This document shows, one piece after another, positions 38,967 to 48,505 of a stretch of DNA of 64,000 bases. How positions within the stretch are numbered: the first letter of the stretch is position 1; the number at the start of each line of letters is the position of its first letter. Position numbers and translations under genes: made by a program. The stretch comes from Candidatus Nitrospinota bacterium M3_3B_026 (GTDB taxonomy: Bacteria; Nitrospinota_A; UBA7883; JBPRGF01): positions 31,408 through 95,407 of the forward strand of contig JBPRGF010000019.1 of the NCBI GenBank assembly GCA_051418015.1, read 5' to 3'. The notes under the pieces are model-generated. The model had not been told where the DNA came from. It ran no database searches and saw only the letters and a program-made list of their open reading frames with translations.

Positions 38967-40082
38967 TCAATTGATGAATTTTTCCGCAATTCCCGCCAGG
39001 CCGCTGCCGCCGACGGCCTTCTTCGTCCTTACCGCAAGGCTCCGTATCTCGTCCACGATCGCCCCATCCGCCTCCGCCGGAGCCGTAAGGCCAAGCTCCA
39101 CGAGCTTCGCGCGGACGGCTTTCCTCCCGGAATGTTTTCCAAGCGAAATACATCGTTTCGCGCCGACCATCTCCGGGGCGAAAGGCTCGTACATCGCCGG
39201 GTCTTTCAGGACGCCGTCCACGTGTATCCCCGACTCGTGGGTGAAGACCAGCGGGCCGACGATGCTCTTCGACGCGGGCAGAGGCCGCCCGGCCGCGCCC
39301 AGGACGTATTCAGCGAGCCCTTTCAACCGCGTGGCATCCACGCCGGTTTCCAGCCCCATCACGACCTTCAGCGCCATGACGACCTCCTCCAGCGGCGCGC
39401 CTCCGGCGCGCTCGCCGAGCCCCGCCACGGTCGCGTCGACAAAAGCCGCGCCGGCCTTCACCCCGGCGATGGCGTTCGCCGTGGCCAGGCCGAGGTCGTT
39501 GTGCGTGTGGGCCTCTAGGTCCATCGGCCCCGTCCGCTCAGCGAGCCTCTCCAGCCGCTCCTTGAACGAGAAGGGGTCGGACAGCCCGACGGTGTCGCAC
39601 ACCCTGAGCCGGACGGCGCCCGCGTCCCGGGCGGCTTTTCCGAAATCCGCCAGGAACCCCTCATCGGCTCTCGTGGCGTCCTCGGCCCCGATCGAAAGGA
39701 CAGCCCCGGACTCCAGGACGAACTTCGCTATCTCCGCCACCCTGCGCAGAATCCAGCCCTTGTCCCTGCCGAGCTTCTTGCGGATCATGAGGCCGGAGAC
39801 CGGCAGCGAGACGTGTATATGCCGCGCGCCGGTCTCGAGGGATCGTTCGATGTCGTCTTCCACGGCCCTGTTCCACGCGATGACGGAGGCGGAGAGGTCA
39901 AGCCGCGTTATCTCCCGGACAGCCTCGGCCTCCTCCGGGCCCATGGCCGGGATCCCCGCCTCGATGTAATGGACCCCCGCCTCGTCGAGCATCTTCGCGA
40001 TCGCGATCTTTTCCTCGACCGTGAAGGCGACGCCCGGGGTCTGCTCCCCGTCGCGCAGGGTGGTGTCGACTATCTTCACCAT
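38967..40082 (-). CDS. nifV: Homocitrate synthase
   Basis: DTTLRDGEQTPG, IEAGIPAMG, GAEDATRAD, HTHNDLGLATAN, HESGIH; nif context. Confidence 0.93.
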   Translation of the reverse strand: MVKIVDTTLRDGEQTPGVAFTVEEKIAIAKMLDEAGVHYIEAGIPAMGPEEAEAVREITRLDLSASVIAWNRAVEDDIERSLETGARHIHVSLPVSGLMIRKKLGRDKGWILRRVAEIAKFVLESGAVLSIGAEDATRADEGFLADFGKAARDAGAVRLRVCDTVGLSDPFSFKERLERLAERTGPMDLEAHTHNDLGLATANAIAGVKAGAAFVDATVAGLGERAGGAPLEEVVMALKVVMGLETGVDATRLKGLAEYVLGAAGRPLPASKSIVGPLVFTHESGIHVDGVLKDPAMYEPFAPEMVGAKRCISLGKHSGRKAVRAKLVELGLTAPAEADGAIVDEIRSLAVRTKKAVGGSGLAGIAEKFIN

Positions 40083-40092
40083 GGCCTTTTCC

Positions 40093-40293
40093 TCACAGCT
40101 TTTTCGCGTCAAGCGTCACGGGCAGGCTCGGGCGCCTGGAGCTGGGCGCCACGTAAATCCTCATCCCCCCGGCGAGGGTGAGCGTCCCGCCGAACTCGTG
40201 CTCCGGGTCGCCCGCCACTATCTTCGCCTCGAGGTCTTTTTTGGGGATGTAAACGCTGAGCCCGCCGTTCTGCTCTCTTATCGTGACTTTCAT
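40093..40293 (-). CDS. nifT: NifT/FixU
   Basis: MKVTIRE..GGLSVYIPKKDLE...FGG...L..G...LPVTL.A. Confidence 0.9.
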   Translation of the reverse strand: MKVTIREQNGGLSVYIPKKDLEAKIVAGDPEHEFGGTLTLAGGMRIYVAPSSRRPSLPVTLDAKKL

Positions 40294-41699
40294 GCTCCGT
40301 TCCTTTTCTCCATCGCGGATTCGTCCATGGTCGGCGCGGCGCCCTTGGCGGCAAGGCGCGAGGCCGCCTCCACGACGGCCCGCTCGATCGGCGTGTAGGG
40401 AAGATCGGTCACCGGCTTCACGCCCGCCTCGGCGAGTCTTTTCGCCGGGCCGTATCCCACCCGCAGGCAGACCACGGCATGGCAGCCGGAGATCGTCTCG
40501 ATGATCCGCTCCAACGGGTCCTCGCCGCCGCATTCGGCTGGGCCGCCGCAGTAGCTCTCCACTTTTCTGACGTTGACGAGCCTCGCCTCACCTCCCGCGA
40601 CCCTGTAGATGAAAAACTCCTTCGCATGGCCGAAATGCTGGTTCACCAGCCCCAGCCCCTTCGTGCAGGCGGCTACCAGGAACCCGCCATGCGCGCCGGG
40701 CTTGCCTTCCCTCCCAGACGCGGCGCGGCGGGCCAGAAACTCGCCGACACGTCTTTTCCACTCCGCCCGTCCCGCCGCTCCGTTGTCCTCCGGCGCCGGC
40801 GCGGAGGCGAGCGCCTCCTTGGTGAAACCGGCGAAGCCGTCCTTCCCCAGCCTCCCGGCGGCGTCGGCGCGGCACTGCCTGCAATGGGCCATCTGTTTCA
40901 TATCCCCGCAGGCCTCGCGGACGGCCTCCAATTCCGCGGCGGCAGGCTCCGGCCAGCCCATCACGCCGAGCTTCGTTCCGTGCTCGGGGCGCGATATCAG
41001 CGGCATGATGTTGTGAATGAAAACGCCCATGAGCTTGAGTTTTTTCGAAATGAACGGCAGTTCTTCATCGTTGATCCCCGGTATCAGGATGGAATTGACC
41101 TTGACCAGTATCCCCTTCTCCACGAGAGCGCGGATCCCCTCCCGCTGCGCCGCAAGGAACTTCTCCATCGCCTCTTGGCTGTTTGATTTTCTCCCGCTCA
41201 CGGCCACCCATTCATATATCCTCCGCGCCGTCTCCGGCTTGAATGTGTTGACGGTGACCGTGACGTGCCCTACGCCCAAGTCCGCTATCTCACCGGCGTG
41301 GTCCGGAAGCTTCAGGCCGTTGGTGGAAAGGCACAGCGCAAGGTCCGGGAACCGCTCCCTGATCAGGCGCAGCGTCTTGAACGTCCGGCCGGGGTTGGCC
41401 AGCGCGTCCCCCGGCCCGGCGATGCCGATCACCGAAAGCTCCTTCATCCTCACGGCGGCGTGGCGGACTTTCCGCAGCGCCTCTTCCGGTTTCAGCCGCT
41501 CGGAGACGACGCCGGGGCGGGATTCGTTCGCGCAATCGTACTTCCTGTTGCAGTAGGCGCATTGGATGTTGCATCCCGGCGCGACGGCCATGTGCATCCT
41601 CGCGAAGAAATGATGCGCGCTTTCGGAATAGCAGGGGTGGCGGGCCGTCCGCTTGTCCATCGCGGCGGCCGCGAAACCCTGTGGGGAACATCCTCTCAT
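40290..41699 (-). CDS. nifB: FeMo-cofactor biosynthesis radical SAM protein with C-terminal NifX-like domain
   Basis: HPCYS, CNIQCAYCNRKYDC.NESRPG, GIAGPGD, HCRQCRADA, VNQHFGHAKEF. Confidence 0.96.
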   Translation of the reverse strand: MRGCSPQGFAAAAMDKRTARHPCYSESAHHFFARMHMAVAPGCNIQCAYCNRKYDCANESRPGVVSERLKPEEALRKVRHAAVRMKELSVIGIAGPGDALANPGRTFKTLRLIRERFPDLALCLSTNGLKLPDHAGEIADLGVGHVTVTVNTFKPETARRIYEWVAVSGRKSNSQEAMEKFLAAQREGIRALVEKGILVKVNSILIPGINDEELPFISKKLKLMGVFIHNIMPLISRPEHGTKLGVMGWPEPAAAELEAVREACGDMKQMAHCRQCRADAAGRLGKDGFAGFTKEALASAPAPEDNGAAGRAEWKRRVGEFLARRAASGREGKPGAHGGFLVAACTKGLGLVNQHFGHAKEFFIYRVAGGEARLVNVRKVESYCGGPAECGGEDPLERIIETISGCHAVVCLRVGYGPAKRLAEAGVKPVTDLPYTPIERAVVEAASRLAAKGAAPTMDESAMEKRNGA

Positions 41700-41737
41700 T
41701 CGATCGCTCCAGCGGTTTGAATCTTGCGATATGACAG

Positions 41738-41753
41738 AGCAAACGGAATGCCT
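41738..41753 (-). promoter_or_regulatory. sigma54 promoter of nifB
   Basis: Minus strand AGGCAT-TCCGT-TTGCT (GG-N10-GC). Confidence 0.75.
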
Positions 41754-41820
41754 CCGGTCCCCGGCAGGCGCAAAGTGTTGAACCGTTTGCGCGTAAAGGA
41801 TCGCCGCGCGGCGGGCTCCG

Positions 41821-41855
41821 TGTAGCCTAAGCGACAAATTGTAAGGTTTTCTACA
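41821..41855. promoter_or_regulatory. Two tandem NifA upstream activator sequences
   Basis: TGT-AGCCTAAGCG-ACA (41821-41836) and TGT-AAGGTTTTCT-ACA (41840-41855). Confidence 0.82.
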
Positions 41856-42647
41856 TTGACCCTCGGCCACCTGTCATACACGAACATGATCGGCGCTCCC
41901 TCCTCATACTTCGCCTCGCCCGCGTTCAACACGTCTCCCGTCCCGACGCGCATAAACGGAGTCCGGGAGATGAACGGTCCGCTTTTCGAGACGCTGGACC
42001 AGCATGGGAAGGATGACGCGCCATACGTGTTCATGGAGCACATGCGCGTCATGTTCGGCCTGGACGAGGCGCCCGCCGAGGGTGGGAAGCGGCGGCGCAG
42101 GGCAAGCTACCTGCGGCTTTTGCGGGGATGGTTTTTCGACTCCAACGGGGCCGAGGGCGCCGTTATGAAAGGATGGGCCGAGTCCCGCTTCGGCCTGCGG
42201 CCCCTTTACCACGCCGAGCCGATCGACAGCCCGCGCTCCCCTGCCTATTACGTCTACCTGTCGGAGAAGATGAGCCCGCGGTTCAACAACAACTCCATAT
42301 ACTCCCAACTCGACCTGTTGTACGAGTATTGCCAGTATTACCTGGAAAGGTTCGGCCCGGAAAAAAGACGGTTGACCCTTTTCCGAGGGGCGAACATGAC
42401 GCGCCGTGAGCAGCAGGTCATCGAAAGGCGCGGCAGGAGGCTGTGGGTCGTCCGCAACAACAGCCTCGTCTCATACACATCCTCGAAGGAGCGGGCAGAC
42501 GAGTTCGGCGACACGATCATCAAGATCGAGGCGCCCTTCGAGAAGATTCTCTGCTTCCCTGGCCTGCTGCCGGGCGGCCTTCCCGCGTCGGAGGGCGAGA
42601 TCATCATCCTTGGCGGGGATTATCTTTCGGAGATACTCGATTTTTAG
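41856..42647 (+). CDS. draT: NAD+--dinitrogen-reductase ADP-ribosyltransferase
   Basis: GVREMN, ASYLRLLRGW..DSN..EGAV.KGW.ESRFGL, NNSIY.QLDL.YE, FRG, SYTS, FGD, EGE...GG. TTG start; in-frame stop at 41823. Confidence 0.93.
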   Translation: MTLGHLSYTNMIGAPSSYFASPAFNTSPVPTRINGVREMNGPLFETLDQHGKDDAPYVFMEHMRVMFGLDEAPAEGGKRRRRASYLRLLRGWFFDSNGAEGAVMKGWAESRFGLRPLYHAEPIDSPRSPAYYVYLSEKMSPRFNNNSIYSQLDLLYEYCQYYLERFGPEKRRLTLFRGANMTRREQQVIERRGRRLWVVRNNSLVSYTSSKERADEFGDTIIKIEAPFEKILCFPGLLPGGLPASEGEIIILGGDYLSEILDF

Positions 42648-42661
42648 CGCCCGCCCGCGCC

Positions 42662-43552
42662 TTATGGAAGCGGCCGGACGGGGAACATGCTCAAAAGCTC
42701 CTCGACCTGCCGTTCGATCCTCTCCTTCACGCCGCCGTCCAGCTTTCTGAGCCAGCGGGACGGGATGGACTCCGGCCCATAAAACGCTCCCCCCAGCTGG
42801 CCCGCCAGCGCGGCGTTGGTGTCGGCGTCCCCTCCCTGGTTCACGACGCCGACGAGGAGCGACTCGAAGTCATACGTGTTGAAGAAAAAGTGAAGAACGG
42901 TTCTGACGGTCTCGACGATGTACCCTCCGGCCTCGCCTTTGTACCGGCGGTGGTCGAACTGTCCGCGCTGCTCGATCCATTCCCTCGCGATGGACTGCAG
43001 CGGCGCGGCCTGCCCTTCCAATATCGCCGCTCTCGTCAGGCTCCCCAGCATCAGCGTCCCGGCGCCGGATTCCTCGTTGTTGTGGGTTATCCTCGCCTGG
43101 CCGATTGACCATTCCTCGAAGGCGGCGGCTCCGCTCAGCGCCGCTATTATCACGGGCAGGTTGCGCATCGCGGCGCCGTTCCCCGCGGAGCGCCCGGAGC
43201 GCTCCGCCACGAGGCGCCCTTCGTTGATGTACCCGAAGAGGCCGCGGCGAACCGTGTCTCCCATGTCAACCGGCTTCGACCTCATCCACCGGACGAAATG
43301 ATCCGCCGCCGTGGCGGCGTCGAACCCCTTCGCCTCCAGAAGCGCGTCGCCGAGGGCCAGGGCCATCCCGGTGTCGTCGGTGACCCTGCCCGCCTTCAGC
43401 CGCAGCCACCCGCCGCCGATCATGTTTTTATGCACCCCGTGCCGGGCGGCTATCTCCCGCGGGGTCATGAACTCCGTGGTGGCCCCCAGCGCGTCGCCCA
43501 CGGCGAAGCCCAGGTAGGCGGCCCTTGCCCTCTCCTCTACGCCGTCACTCAA
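42662..43552 (-). CDS. draG: ADP-ribosyl-[dinitrogen reductase] glycohydrolase
   Basis: GDALGATTEFM, GGGWL, VTDDT, AGNGAAMR, VVNQGGDADT. Confidence 0.93.
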   Translation of the reverse strand: MSDGVEERARAAYLGFAVGDALGATTEFMTPREIAARHGVHKNMIGGGWLRLKAGRVTDDTGMALALGDALLEAKGFDAATAADHFVRWMRSKPVDMGDTVRRGLFGYINEGRLVAERSGRSAGNGAAMRNLPVIIAALSGAAAFEEWSIGQARITHNNEESGAGTLMLGSLTRAAILEGQAAPLQSIAREWIEQRGQFDHRRYKGEAGGYIVETVRTVLHFFFNTYDFESLLVGVVNQGGDADTNAALAGQLGGAFYGPESIPSRWLRKLDGGVKERIERQVEELLSMFPVRPLP

Positions 43553-43561
43553 AGCATTCGG

Positions 43562-43852
43562 CTAAAACGCGGCCGGCGCCGTGAAGGAATGGCATCCTTT
43601 CGGGCAGACCCGCGAGCAGGCCATGCAGCCTATGCAAAGCCCGTCGTCGGCCACCGTCATCACCATGGCGCCTTCGTCCTCGTAGTCGTCGTCCTCGATG
43701 TCGAGATCCATCCGCTCAACGAGGCTGAACACGCCATGGCCGCAGACCTTGTAGCATCTGCCGCAGCCGATGCAACTCTCCGGGTCCACCGCGTCTATGA
43801 AGGACGGTGTGTAAGCTTCTCCGTTTTTCCTGTAAGCCGTGTAAGCGCTCAT
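43562..43852 (-). CDS. fdxB: nif-specific ferredoxin III
   Basis: CIGCGRCYKVC and CIGCMACSRVCP separated by an acidic loop. Confidence 0.9.
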   Translation of the reverse strand: MSAYTAYRKNGEAYTPSFIDAVDPESCIGCGRCYKVCGHGVFSLVERMDLDIEDDDYEDEGAMVMTVADDGLCIGCMACSRVCPKGCHSFTAPAAF

Positions 43853-43863
43853 GATCCTCTCCC

Positions 43864-44322
43864 CTATTCGTCATCATCGTCGTAGCTATGAAAGCGGTCC
43901 GGGTCGTCTTTTCGGACGATCTTCGCAAGCCATGGCGGGGCGGGGCCCTTGAGAACGTCCATAACCTGGGAGCAGAGCCGGACGATCGCCCTCTCCTCGC
44001 TCGCGATCATGGGTTGTATCTTTCTCCTGGTCAGCCTCGCGGCGGCGGGGCCGCCTATCGCCGACGAGTAGACGATGTGGCATCCCTCCAGCGCGTCTAT
44101 CTTCGCGGCGAGCTTGTTGTCGTTTCCTTTCTCGTCGAGACCGGCGCCGTCGAAGATTATTCTGCCCGCCTTCGAGAATCCGTCCCTGGAGATATCGTAC
44201 AGGACGAAATTTGCGCCCCAGCCGAAATGCTCATCGACGTTCACGCCGTCGCTGGTCGCGAAAGCCACCCGCAGCGCGCCCTCGGCCACGGCCGGCGTGG
44301 TGAGCCTGGCTATGACTTTCAT
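43864..44322 (-). CDS. nifX: NifX
   Basis: VAFATSD...VDEHFG, KIDALEGC, AIGGPAAA, PPWL.K. Confidence 0.92.
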   Translation of the reverse strand: MKVIARLTTPAVAEGALRVAFATSDGVNVDEHFGWGANFVLYDISRDGFSKAGRIIFDGAGLDEKGNDNKLAAKIDALEGCHIVYSSAIGGPAAARLTRRKIQPMIASEERAIVRLCSQVMDVLKGPAPPWLAKIVRKDDPDRFHSYDDDDE

Positions 44323-44325
44323 TTC

Positions 44326-45609
44326 TCACCTCAAGGTTTTTTGAAGGTTGGAGACATACGGAGCGGTCTTTTTCCGCGCCGCCATGACGGCGTTGGCAAG
44401 CTCCATGTACAACCCCGCGGCGCCCCGGTAGCCGGCGCGAATCTTTTGCGGCTCGCCGATCCGGTCATACACGGGCAGACCCGCCCGGACGGCCGGGGCG
44501 CCAAGCCTTTCGGCAAGCTCCGCCACGTGGCTGTTCCCGGCCATGATGACGTCAGGGTCGCCCCCAACCTCCCGCTCGACATCTTCCAGACCGCCTTCGG
44601 GGAACCCATCCGCGGGAAGGGAGCAGACCCCCGAGACCACTGCGCCGATATCCTCGAGCGGCTTCTTCCAGCGGATGATGAACTCCGGGTCGCCAGCGAC
44701 GATCGCGCGTTCGCCGGTGAGATAAAAATGCGTGTCCAGGATCACATCCTGCAAATGGCGCCTGTGGCGGCGTATCCTCTCCGGGACGGGAGCGCCGGAC
44801 ATGCGCGACAGCAGGCCGTAAAACCCGTCGATCTCATCCAGCGTCGAAAGCGAGTCGAAGTGGGCCGAGTCCACGCCGTTAACCTCCGCGAACCGGCGCC
44901 CCGCCTCCTTCATCGACCGCCCGAGCGTTATCACCATGGCGGAATCGGTCAGCGTCCTTATCTCGTCCACCGGCGTCCCTCCCGCCGCCGCGGGGTTGAA
45001 CTCCTTCTCCGTCGCGAAACCGAGCAGGCTCGACCCAAGGTCGGGGAAGACAACCGGCCTCAGCCCGAAAAGCTCGACAGACTCCTTGACCATCTCGATC
45101 TCGGCGGGGGTGAAATAGGGCCCGGGGAATATCGCCACCTGCTTTTTTCGCGGCGCGGAGCGCGGGGCCGCGAGAGTCCGCGACATCGCTTCGAACGCCT
45201 TCACCCAGCCCGTCTGAAACGAGCCTTCATAGTCCGGCGTGTTCACGTGGACTATCGTGGCTCCGGGATTTTTCCGTCCATACTCCTTCACCATCCAGCC
45301 AGGGTCCGCGCCGGAGGTCTCCGCCACGCCGGTTGTGAGCAGGCCGATGAGCGCGGCGTTTTCCCTGACGTTGTCCAGGGCCTCTTCAAGTTCCTCCCCG
45401 CCGCCCATGACGACGGAGACGCTCGTCATGGCCGTGGTCTGGAAGGGCATGGGCTCGCGAAAATGCTGTATGAAAAGTATCTTGGCGAAGGCCGTGCACC
45501 CCTGGACGCCGTGCCACAGCGGGACGCTTCCTTCGACGCCCATGAACGCAAGCGCTGCCCCGGCGGGCTGGGAGAGCTTTATCGGGTTCGTGGTCAGGTA
45601 CTTGCTCAT
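44326..45609 (-). CDS. nifN: FeMo-co scaffold NifN
   Basis: NPIKLSQP.GAALAF.G, HG.QGCTAF, HFREP.P.QTTAM, G.PVYDR.G. Confidence 0.94.
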   Translation of the reverse strand: MSKYLTTNPIKLSQPAGAALAFMGVEGSVPLWHGVQGCTAFAKILFIQHFREPMPFQTTAMTSVSVVMGGGEELEEALDNVRENAALIGLLTTGVAETSGADPGWMVKEYGRKNPGATIVHVNTPDYEGSFQTGWVKAFEAMSRTLAAPRSAPRKKQVAIFPGPYFTPAEIEMVKESVELFGLRPVVFPDLGSSLLGFATEKEFNPAAAGGTPVDEIRTLTDSAMVITLGRSMKEAGRRFAEVNGVDSAHFDSLSTLDEIDGFYGLLSRMSGAPVPERIRRHRRHLQDVILDTHFYLTGERAIVAGDPEFIIRWKKPLEDIGAVVSGVCSLPADGFPEGGLEDVEREVGGDPDVIMAGNSHVAELAERLGAPAVRAGLPVYDRIGEPQKIRAGYRGAAGLYMELANAVMAARKKTAPYVSNLQKTLR

Positions 45610-46976
45610 GGCGCCACCCCCGGCGGATCATCACCGAAAGGGTCCGGCCTTCTCGCCAGGGCGAAGGCGGGGCTTTCGATCTCGCGCGCTATCATCTCTG
45701 CCAGGTTCACGTGTCCGTCGAAGCCGGTGAACGGGGCATGGCGCTCCTGGTTGACGTCGACGAACGGAAGCCGCGCCTTGAGGGCGGTGTACTGGTTGCG
45801 CCCGCCGGCGAGGAGTATGTCCGCGCCTTCCGCGTGATATAGGTCGAGCAACTTGCGGGGGGAGCCTTCGCTTATCATCTTCGCGTCCCTGCCCATAAGC
45901 TCGATGATCCGCGCCTTGTCTTCCGCTGTGGACTTTTTCGTCCCGGTGGCGATCACCTCCATCCCAAGCTCCTGCAAGGCGCCGACCAGCGACCAGCTTT
46001 TCACCCCGCCCGTGTAAAGCAGGGCTTTCTTGCCGGCAAGGCGCGTCTTCAGCGAGTCCAGCGCTGGTTTTACTTTCTCGTACTCCTCCTTCAGGACCGC
46101 AAGCGCCCCCGCCGAAAGCTCCGCCGAGCCCATCAGCTCAAGCATCGCCAGTACGGCCTCGATGGTGTTCCTGGATCCATAGAAAGACCCCTCGAAATAC
46201 GGTATTCCATACTTCTCCTTCATACCCCTCGCCACGTTCAGAAGAGCGCGGGAGCAGACCATCATGTTCACGTCCGCCCTATGCATCATCGCCACCTGGT
46301 GATACCGCGCGTCGCCGGACAGCGAACAGATGACCCGTATCCCGATCCTGTCCAGCAGGCGCAGCGGGCTCCAAAGCTCCCCGGCAATGTTGAACTCGCC
46401 TATGAGGTTGACGTTGTACGGATGATCGGCCTTCGGATCCATCGTCCCGATCACGCGCTCAAGGAGGGCGGCTCCCGCGATGCGGTTGCCGAAATTTTTC
46501 GTCCCCGTGAAGCCTGGCGAATCCACCGCGATGACGGGCGTCCCGGTCTTTTCCGTCAGCGCTCTGCAGACAGTCTCCACGTCGTCGCCGATCATGGCCG
46601 TGACGCAGGTCTGGTAGACGAAGACCGCGCCGGGCCTGCGCTTCCTGATGATTTCCTTCACGCCCTTGTAGAGCTTCCTCTCGCCGCCGAAGACCACGTC
46701 GTTGTTGCCGATGTCGGTGGTGAAGCATGTCCTGTAAAGCGCCGGGCCGGACGAGAGCGACCCGCGGTTTCCCCACGTGTTCCCGGCGCACGATATGGGG
46801 CCATGGACGACGTGGGCGGCGTCGGTTATCGGCTGGAGCGTTATCAGGGCGCCGTCGAAGGAGCAGCCGCCCGCCGCCTTGCCGGGCGTGGGGCGTGGGC
46901 AGGAGGTTTCTTTCTTCCTTGCGTTGTGGGAGCAGTCCGGCTCCTTGTAAAGCTCCCGGACGGCCGAAAGGATCAT
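45606..46976 (-). CDS. nifE: FeMo-co scaffold NifE
   Basis: GGCSFDGA, HGPISC, VYQTCV, YTGGVKSWS, AGGRNQY, NQERH. Confidence 0.96.
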   Translation of the reverse strand: MILSAVRELYKEPDCSHNARKKETSCPRPTPGKAAGGCSFDGALITLQPITDAAHVVHGPISCAGNTWGNRGSLSSGPALYRTCFTTDIGNNDVVFGGERKLYKGVKEIIRKRRPGAVFVYQTCVTAMIGDDVETVCRALTEKTGTPVIAVDSPGFTGTKNFGNRIAGAALLERVIGTMDPKADHPYNVNLIGEFNIAGELWSPLRLLDRIGIRVICSLSGDARYHQVAMMHRADVNMMVCSRALLNVARGMKEKYGIPYFEGSFYGSRNTIEAVLAMLELMGSAELSAGALAVLKEEYEKVKPALDSLKTRLAGKKALLYTGGVKSWSLVGALQELGMEVIATGTKKSTAEDKARIIELMGRDAKMISEGSPRKLLDLYHAEGADILLAGGRNQYTALKARLPFVDVNQERHAPFTGFDGHVNLAEMIAREIESPAFALARRPDPFGDDPPGVAP

Positions 46977-46978
46977 CG

Positions 46979-48505
46979 CTACCTCACGAAATCGTTGTTG
47001 AAATCAGCCTTCCTGTCCAGGTCCTCGAGGATCGCGTTCACGCTCCACTGCAGCAGGTTTATGACCCCCTGGTAGCCGAAGACGGGGTACCGATGCAGAT
47101 GATGCCTGTCGAAGATCGGGAACTGCGCCCGTATGAGCGGGACGTCGAACTCCTTGGATATCTGCTTGCCATACGTGCTCCCGACGATGAAATCGACCGG
47201 ATCAGTGGCGATAAGGCTGCGCAGATGCCACAGGTCCTTGCCGTTGTGGATGGTCATGCCCCTGGCGAACGGCGCATCGGCGTATTTTTTCGTAAGGCGC
47301 CTGCCGACACGCTTCGTCGCGTTGGTTATCACCACGTGGACGGGCTCGGCCCCCATCTCCATGTAGAATCCGATGAGCGCCTCGACGTATGAAGGGTCGC
47401 CGAAGATGGCGAACCTCTTGCCGTGCAGGTAGTAATTCGAGTCGGCCATGGCGTCGAGGGCGCGGCCGCGCTCTTTTTCCAGATCCACGGGGATAGGCCT
47501 GCCGGTCAGTTCGCTGACCTTCATCAGGAAGGCGTCGGTCCCGGCGACGCCGAGCGGCGTGGCCCCGTCGACGAACTCCGTCCCCCACACGTTCTTCACA
47601 AGCTCCGCGGTGGCCTTCCCCGCGCTGTCCGGCAGCAGGGCGAAGACGGCTTTTGAGTTTCTGGCCTCCTTTACCTGCTCGATGGTCGTTCCTCCATCGT
47701 ACATCCGGTACTCGCCGTCCATGGGTGTGTCGAGGGTGTCCGAGTTGTCGCCGAGGATGACGTGATCGGCCCCCATCGCATCCAGCAGCCTTTTCACCTC
47801 CCTTATGTTGCCGACGCAGAATCCGTCGAACCCGGGGATGATGGCGATCTTGCCGTTATCCGCCTTGGCCTTAGGCTCGTCTCCGGCCAGGTGGAACAGC
47901 ATCCCTCTCATCATGTTGTCGTAGCCTGTCAGATGGCTCCCAACGAAAGATGGGGTGTGGGCGAAGGGAACCGGAAGATCCTCCGGGACGGCCCCTTCCT
48001 TCCTGGCGTTCTTGATGAAGGCGTTCAGGTCGTCGCCGATCACCTCCGCCATGCAGGTCGTGCAGACGGCGATCATCTTCGGCTTGTAGAGGGCGTGGGC
48101 GTTTCTCAGGCCGGCGATCATGTTCTTCTGCCCGCCGAAGACAGCCGCATCCTCGGTCATGGAGTCCGACACCGCGGCGAATGGCTCCTTGAAATGCCGG
48201 TTGAAGTGCGACCGGAAATAGGCCACGCACCCCTGCGACCCGTGGGTATACGGCAGGCATCCTTCAAACCCCGCCGCGGCGAATATCGCCCCCAGCGGCT
48301 GGCAGGCCTTCGCGGGGTTGATCGTCAGCGCGCCCCTGGCGAAGTTTTTGTCTTTGTACTCCGTTCCACGGGTGTACTCCGCCATTCGAGCGGCCTCCCC
48401 ATCCGGGGCGGGTTTTTCGAAAGCCTTCTTCTTCACGGCGGAGGCTTCATACTCCTCCAGGCCGAAAAGCGTGTTGTGATCCCTTATAACCATGTCTTCA
48501 GGCAT
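46979..48505 (-). CDS. nifK: Nitrogenase MoFe protein beta chain
   Basis: [52 protein letters not shown]. Start 48505 or 48508. Confidence 0.97.
   Translation of the reverse strand: MPEDMVIRDHNTLFGLEEYEASAVKKKAFEKPAPDGEAARMAEYTRGTEYKDKNFARGALTINPAKACQPLGAIFAAAGFEGCLPYTHGSQGCVAYFRSHFNRHFKEPFAAVSDSMTEDAAVFGGQKNMIAGLRNAHALYKPKMIAVCTTCMAEVIGDDLNAFIKNARKEGAVPEDLPVPFAHTPSFVGSHLTGYDNMMRGMLFHLAGDEPKAKADNGKIAIIPGFDGFCVGNIREVKRLLDAMGADHVILGDNSDTLDTPMDGEYRMYDGGTTIEQVKEARNSKAVFALLPDSAGKATAELVKNVWGTEFVDGATPLGVAGTDAFLMKVSELTGRPIPVDLEKERGRALDAMADSNYYLHGKRFAIFGDPSYVEALIGFYMEMGAEPVHVVITNATKRVGRRLTKKYADAPFARGMTIHNGKDLWHLRSLIATDPVDFIVGSTYGKQISKEFDVPLIRAQFPIFDRHHLHRYPVFGYQGVINLLQWSVNAILEDLDRKADFNNDFVR

Noticed and set aside
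43888..45837. 649-aa plus-strand ORF
   Set aside because: Antisense shadow of nifX/nifN/nifE
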